From contig WELB01000016.1 of assembly GCA_009602725.1 (NCBI GenBank), forward strand, positions 869,790 through 933,789: 64,000 nt of DNA. The letters run 5' to 3'. Source of the DNA: Spirogloea muscicola. Lineage: Eukaryota. The first letter of the stretch is position 1. Every line of letters begins with the position of its first letter. The notes under the pieces are model-generated. The model had not been told where the DNA came from. It saw only the letters and a list, made by a program, of their open reading frames with translations, and searched no databases. Of this stretch, positions 58,301 through 64,000 are shown piece after piece. Made by a program: the position numbers and the translations under genes.

Positions 58301-61300
58301 GCGAGATTGACGATGGTGGCGGTGGCGGCAGGGGAGGAGATGGGGGAGGAGGTGGTGACCGAGGGGCCAAAAGCGAGGTTGGAACTGGGGGCGGTGTTGG
58401 GGATAAATGGGGCGGCGGAGAGGGCGGAGAAAGCGACTCTGCAGGCGGCACTTTTGGTGCCGGTGGAGACGGTGGGAAAGGTATCACTGGGGGCGACGGC
58501 TGGTTCAGTGGTGGCGGGGATAGTGGGGAGAGTGGCGGCGGATGTAGCGTCGGCGGGAGCTCAGGTGGCGGTAGTGGCGGTGCCAATGGCGGCAGCAATG
58601 GCGGGCTGAGCTTCAGCGACGGCGACGGCGGCGGCGACAGTTGAGATGGGGCTGTTGGAGGCAAAGGTGGAGAGGCCGGTGATGCTCCAGTAAGAGGCGG
58701 CGGTGGTGGAGGTAGGGCTGGTAGCGATGGCAGTGGCGGCGGACTGGACGGGGGCGGCAACAGTGGGGATGATGTTGTTGGCGAGGGTGGTATCGATGGC
58801 ACTTGTGGAGAGAGCAACGGAGGTGGAGGTGGGGATAGCAGCGGAACTGGGGTTGGCGGTTGCAGAACTGCACCCACTGTGGCAGCAAAATACGCATTTG
58901 CGATGTCAACAGGTGGGCCCTAGTGATTAGCCACACTACTGAAGATATGGCACAGATTGTTCTGACAATATCTGACAGCGCTGACAGCCCGTACCCCCGT
59001 CACTATTTGAAGTAACACTTGAGCAGCTCTTGACCACCAACCTGTGAAGTCAGCTTACTGTGAAAGCAAGAGAGAGGCCTAGACTGGATGCCAATTACCA
59101 GGAGGTGGTGGGCCAAATGCCTGGCAGTGACCGCTGCTGCAATCCTCGCCAATGACAATGTCGATTGTTGTATTGGGTGGCGGCTTGCCCACAAAGAAAT
59201 TGTCTTCATAGCTGAATAGCTGCAAGAGCAGAGCAATTGCCTTGAGCACGCGACACGAGGAAGAAGCACCAAGGCAAGAAGCAGCAGCCGCACTGGGCAT
59301 GCTCTTTGGCATACCAGCCGAGGAACATACACTGATGACTAGCCCCAAGCAGCTCGCCCCATGTTGCTAGGTCCAAGGAGAGTTAGTGTTGGTCAACCTG
59401 CAACTTTGTCTTTCTTGGCAGAAGGGCACATAAGTGGGAGATGTACCTGCAGATTGGGTAAGAAGAACACCCCCGAGGTGGTGATGTTGCCTGCGAAGCG
59501 GTTGCCCGCAATGTCCAGCTGGAGGCCACGCTGCGAGTCCCCGTCAGCTCTGTTCAGGGCAGAATAACAGCAACGAGGAAAACAACAAGTTGGCCAGTCA
59601 CCTGGACGAGGCTTGTGAGATTGCCGATGTTGAGGGGGAGGCCGCCGTTGAGACGGTTGTCAGCGAAGTTGAGTACAAGCGTGGAGCGGAGCTGGGTGAT
59701 GGTTTCGGGGAGGCCACCAATGAGGCCGTTGTCGAGCAGCACAAGCTCCGACAACGTTGACGCGAGCTGCCCAATGCTGGCGGGAATCAGCCCGCCGAGC
59801 GCGTTGTGGGCGAGAACGGCGAGGGAGACGGGGAGGGAGCCCAGATTCATCGGAATTGGCTCCTTGAGGGCATTGTTGTTCACTGCAAGCACGTCCAACC
59901 GCGTGCTGAATAGCGATGGTGGAAGCACACCTGTGAAGCTGTTGTGGCGCAGGTCCAGGAAACGCAGGGCAGGCAGTGCTGTGACCCACAGCGGCAGCGG
60001 GCCCGACAGGAGGTTGAGCGAGAAGTCAATCTCAGCGAGCAGACTCAGTCCGCTTAGATCTGGCAGTGCGCCGACGAAGAAGTTCTGGCTTGCATGAATG
60101 AAGCCCAGGTCCTGCTCACAATGGTCGACCAGAGGAGCCATAAGACCCACATGGACATGTTCAGAGATTGATACAGCTGTCAATGTCCTTTTCTTGCATG
60201 CCCTCACCCCTCTCCCCTCCATCCATCTTCACTTTTTGTCCCTTCTGCCCTTTCTGCGCTGCCCTCATCCTCCGGTCGTTCTGATGGAGGTCTTGCAAGC
60301 CGCCAGGTCACACCAACAAGCTCGACCTTGCCAGGCTGTGAAGTCTCTGCAAGGCACTGCTCATTCACGCAGCAGCAGAGTTGCGGTTTTGCATGCTGAG
60401 AGGAGAGCTCCCGGTGCTCACCGGGAGGTTGCGCAGGAACTGCGGAACGTAGCCATGAAGGCCAAAGCCGTTGAGGTCCAGGCCAGTGACGACCATCTGA
60501 GGCTGTGCCGCCACAGCCCTGACTGCCAGTGTGGCCCCAAATGCTGAGGCCTCTGCTGGGAGGCTGGCGGCGGCCACAGCCTGGTCCTCACAGTAGACGC
60601 CATTCCAACTTGAGGCGCATGGTGTGGTGCCAATCCAGTTGGTGAGGTAGCCGTGGGGGTCGCGCATAGCGGCTTTGAAGGCCAGTAGCGACACCCCCGC
60701 CTGGGCCTGCTTACTCACAGAGGGAGGAGGGGGGTTGGCCTTTCTAGGAGGGGGTGTGGAGGGCTTCAGTGGCAGAGGACGGAAAGGCTTCTTCGGTGAT
60801 GGCGGTGGCGCCGGCGCCCTCGGTGGGGACCTGTGCGTCTTGGGCGGAGGCGAGTGTGGCTTGAGCAATGGAGGCGGTTGTAGCTTGAGCCATGGAGGCG
60901 AGTGTCGTTTGGGAGGAGGCGAGCGGCGAGGAGGTGGTGGCAATGACTGCCGCTTGGGTGAAGGAGGCCTGCTTGATGGTGGAGGCGCCTGCGGCTTCTT
61001 CGGTGGCGCCCTCCCTGTAGGGGGTGGCATCTGCGGCGGCTGCAGCGGCACCACGGGATTGAGCCGTATCAGTGTCGGCAATCTTCTGATATTATTTCCT
61101 GCAGCAGGCCCTATTGTGTGCAGGCCCAACTTCTGCAGACAAAGCCCAAGCTCTCAAAATGCTCGCAGGGCTGCAGCAAGCAGAGCGGGCACCCCTCACC
61201 AAGCAGCGGATGTGGTGGTGGCCAGGGTGGTGATTGCAGCTGTGCCGCGGTCTGCCATCGTGCTTCGTGCCGCCCAGCTTTTTCTTCGACTTCTTCTTAG

Positions 61301-62378
61301 TTTTCTTTGTCTTCTTCTTTGTCTTTGTCGTCTTCGCCTCCACTCTCAAGTGCCGCCGCTCACCGCCACTACTGGCGCCGTGGGCTTGGCCGACGCCAAG
61401 CAGCACCTTCAAGAGGCCCTGAGAGGTGGCACTGACGGCGAATGACAGCGTGGCGCTGCAAGCCGACTGCGAGCAGATGGATGGCGCTGTCGAGGCGCAC
61501 GCCACTGGGACCAGGCCGGCGTGGGCCTTACCGGCCTCTGGCACCACATGAGCACAACGTCCCATTGCCTTTGCTGCTGCTGCGGCTGCCTGCTGCAGCT
61601 CGTCCTGCTGCCACCATCTCAGTGGCCGCACTGCATGCCAGCCACCACAGTTTTCAGCAGTGGGATCGTTCCTTTGCGGCGCAAGCCACAGCGCGGGAGC
61701 GAGTGGGCGCCAGGTTGGGTGCAGTGGAGCTCACCAGCTGCCGAGGGAGAGGCTGCCGACGGCGTCGTAGTTGCCAGCCACAGGTCCGTGGAGAAGGCCG
61801 CGCAGGGCTCCGTCCACCTCCATGGCGGGCCTGCGCAGGGGGCGCCCGTCTTGACGAAAGCGGTACATAACCACTTGGGCCTTTCTGCAGCACGAGCTGA
61901 TGGGAGTTGCTCTGGTATACCGAGAGCTGCGCACCTGGCTCTGGCCCACGGGTGGCGCCCACAAGGCAGCCGCTGCTGCTCCCACCATCGCCAGCGCCGC
62001 CGGGTAACGCTCGACACAGCTCCGCCGCGTCCGCGAGCGCCGAGCGCCCCAGGAGCGTCGCCAGCCGGCCACCACGTCGCTGTGCATGCAGACGAGGCTG
62101 GGCGTCAATGGTGGCACCAATGGTGGCGACGACGGCGAGGCAGGAGCTCGAGCGACAGCAGGTCGCGGCGGGAATAGGGAGACCTGGCACTCCGCCTCGG
62201 CCTGGCCGAATGACGCCGGGCCGGGCGCCGCCAGCAGGCACGCCCCGGAGCGGGGCCCCGGCGCGAAGCCCGGCAGGCAGGCGCCGCCCCCAGGCGAAGC
62301 CGCGTCCCGGGCGCCGTCCGCCATTGCGGCCGACAGAGTCAAGAGCACAGCAGCCGCCGCCGCCGCCGTGACCGCCAT
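55336..62378 (-). CDS. Copy D: apparently intact ~1,800-aa secreted protein (signal peptide, C-type lectin-like domain, Lys/Pro-rich linker, LRX-type LRR, extensin-like block, three further LRRNT-LRR-Cys-cap modules)
   Basis: About 10 exons with GT-AG introns: 62378-62184, 62079-~61935, ~61830-61734, ~61629-61200, ~61130-60422, ~60110-59603, ~59519-59448, ~59219-59099, 58877-~57685, ~57298-55336. No stop seen in the exons; no C-terminal TM helix. Confidence 0.82.
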
Positions 62379-62644
62379 GGCCGCGCGCGCCCAGGAGGCG
62401 GCTCTCTCAGTGTCTCGGCCACAGTCAGTCTCCCCGAGATGCGCCCGAGCGGGCCAGCCTGTGCCGCCGGATCTGGCCCATCCACAGTACCGCGATCTCT
62501 GAGAGGGCGGCCAAGCCGCAGTGACCGTCGGATTTGATCCTACGACGCTGCGCGAAGCTCCCACTTTTCTCCGGGTCAATCGAAAGTCCGGCACTTTCTC
62601 GCGGGGCTAGCTCGCCCGCCTTCCCGCCACCTCGTGCAATTGAC

Positions 62645-62653
62645 GCCACGTGG
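62645..62653. promoter_or_regulatory. G-box/ABRE-like GCCACGTGG upstream of copy D
   Basis: About 267 bp upstream of the ATG; shared with copy C. Confidence 0.4.
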
Positions 62654-62714
62654 AAGCTTGTGGATCGATGAAAAGTCCGGAGGTCCCCAAGCCCGGGCCT
62701 CTCCTTTTTTTCCC

Positions 62715-62900
62715 TTCCGGCTGCTAGTCTTCCGGATGTGCGGCTCCTCACTCGTGGTTACTAAGTGACCCATCCTACCCAAGGACACTGAGACAGAAGA
62801 AAGACGCTTCCAGGAAACGGGCGGTGGCTCGCAGAGGCCAGCCCAGGAAAAAAAGTAATGCTCTGCGACAGCCCTTTTGGCCTCATTGCCTCATTTCCCC
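62715..62900. mobile_element. CRE 3' remnants upstream of copy D, shared with copy C (45505-45700)
   Basis: RLLTRGY* on the plus strand, then an inverted terminal motif at 62810-62850. Confidence 0.7.
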
Positions 62901-63706
62901 CCCCACGATCAGCATCAATGCTCCTAAGGGTGGGAGTCAGCACCTCTTGTTCGGGTGACTTGGTGATCCAACAATCTTTTGTTGATTTCAAGGGTTCACT
63001 GGTTGAAAGGATCAGGGGTTGTAAAGGTTCTACAACATACGTTGCTCAAGAAGTAGGAGGTAGGCATCCACTTGGACTTTAGCTAGGTGCTTGCGCCAGC
63101 AAGGCCCGCACTGGTGGGTGTAATCATCAAAGCATCTCATTGCAAAAGCCCTTAAAATCAAGCGATTGATTGCAATGACGCTTTGCCGTGCGCGTGCAGA
63201 AGCAGGCAAGCAAACTTGGAAACCTGCGCTACAGGGGCTACAAACAAGTCACGCCAAACTGAGCTGCAAGTACAGTGTCCCTTGCTGCATGTGCGGCAGC
63301 ACTCCCAGGCAGCTGCACTGAGAACCTCATGGCATGCTCATTGCAAATAACTCGACAACCTCAATCAGCCCATGTAGTCAAGAACCTGACTACAGATGCA
63401 AACAGCAAGTGCAAGCAGAGGAAGCAAGGAATCCAAATGACCTGCATCTCTCTTATTATCAAATGACTTTGAAAGCATTGCAAGATCGTAAAGCATTGCT
63501 GTAGTTAGCTGATTTTGAATGCATATACAGGTACTCACAAATGTCAACAGTACCAACAACCTCCATTTAGGGCGCTTTTGACATCATGCATGAGACATGA
63601 TGCAACAAGGATTGTCTTGAGAGCTGATAGAGCAAGATATGCCACTTAGCAGATCACCACACTGATGTGGGCAGCATGCTTGAGGTCCAGAGGTGTTTTA
63701 GTTATA

Positions 63707-64000
63707 TTATAGCCGGCTAGGAGATGGAGCGACTACATAGCCAGAGCAATCGCTATACGGTCTTTGATCTGCTGGCATGTTATCCACTGTCACATTGATA
63801 TAATTGAAGCTGATGTCAACGATTACCGCTGTTGCTACTGCAGGGAAGCTGGTGAGGAAGTTGTCACTCAATTCCAGGATGTATAATGAGGTCAAGTAGG
63901 CAATGACAGCCGGGACAGGCCCGCTCAGCTGGTTGTCATCGAGATAAAGATAATTTAAGCTGACGCAGCCCACAAAAGAGTCTGGGAGGGCCCCACTCAG
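63707..64000 (-). CDS. Copy E: 3' end of another paralog continuing beyond the window
   Basis: Open frame ...CVSLNYLYLDDNQLSG...DQRPYSDCSGYVVAPSPSRL*, homologous to the end of copy A. Confidence 0.8.
   Translation of the reverse strand: MSGALPDSFVGCVSLNYLYLDDNQLSGPVPAVIAYLTSLYILELSDNFLTSFPAVATAVIVDISFNYINVTVDNMPADQRPYSDCSGYVVAPSPSRL

Overview
GC-rich, intron-containing eukaryotic DNA, most consistent with a green plant or streptophyte alga (inference; the species cannot be determined here). The window holds a cluster of large secreted cell-wall protein genes with an unusual layout: signal peptide, C-type lectin-like domain, Lys/Pro-rich linker, LRX-type LRR module, extensin-like Pro block, then 2-3 further capped LRR modules. 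Copy D (55336-62378) looks intact. Copy C is shorter. Copies A and B are pseudogenes. Copy E runs off the right edge, and an orphan 5' fragment lies near 52.4 kb. The LRX-type LRR module is almost invariant between copies, while the distal LRR modules differ heavily at the exposed xxLxLxx positions. A GT92/GALS-like glycosyltransferase gene lies inside the cluster. The interval ~8.5-34.7 kb is a deep nest of decayed retroelements: three Ty3/Gypsy elements (one with a chromodomain, one with a PHD finger), a tandem non-autonomous Copia derivative, solo LTRs, and many CRE-clade (RLE) non-LTR fragments. The CRE 3' ends share a ~50-nt structured motif, present in about 30 copies by eye, that also occurs as 50-60 bp insertions with target-site duplications. 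All comparisons were made by eye and exon boundaries are approximate.
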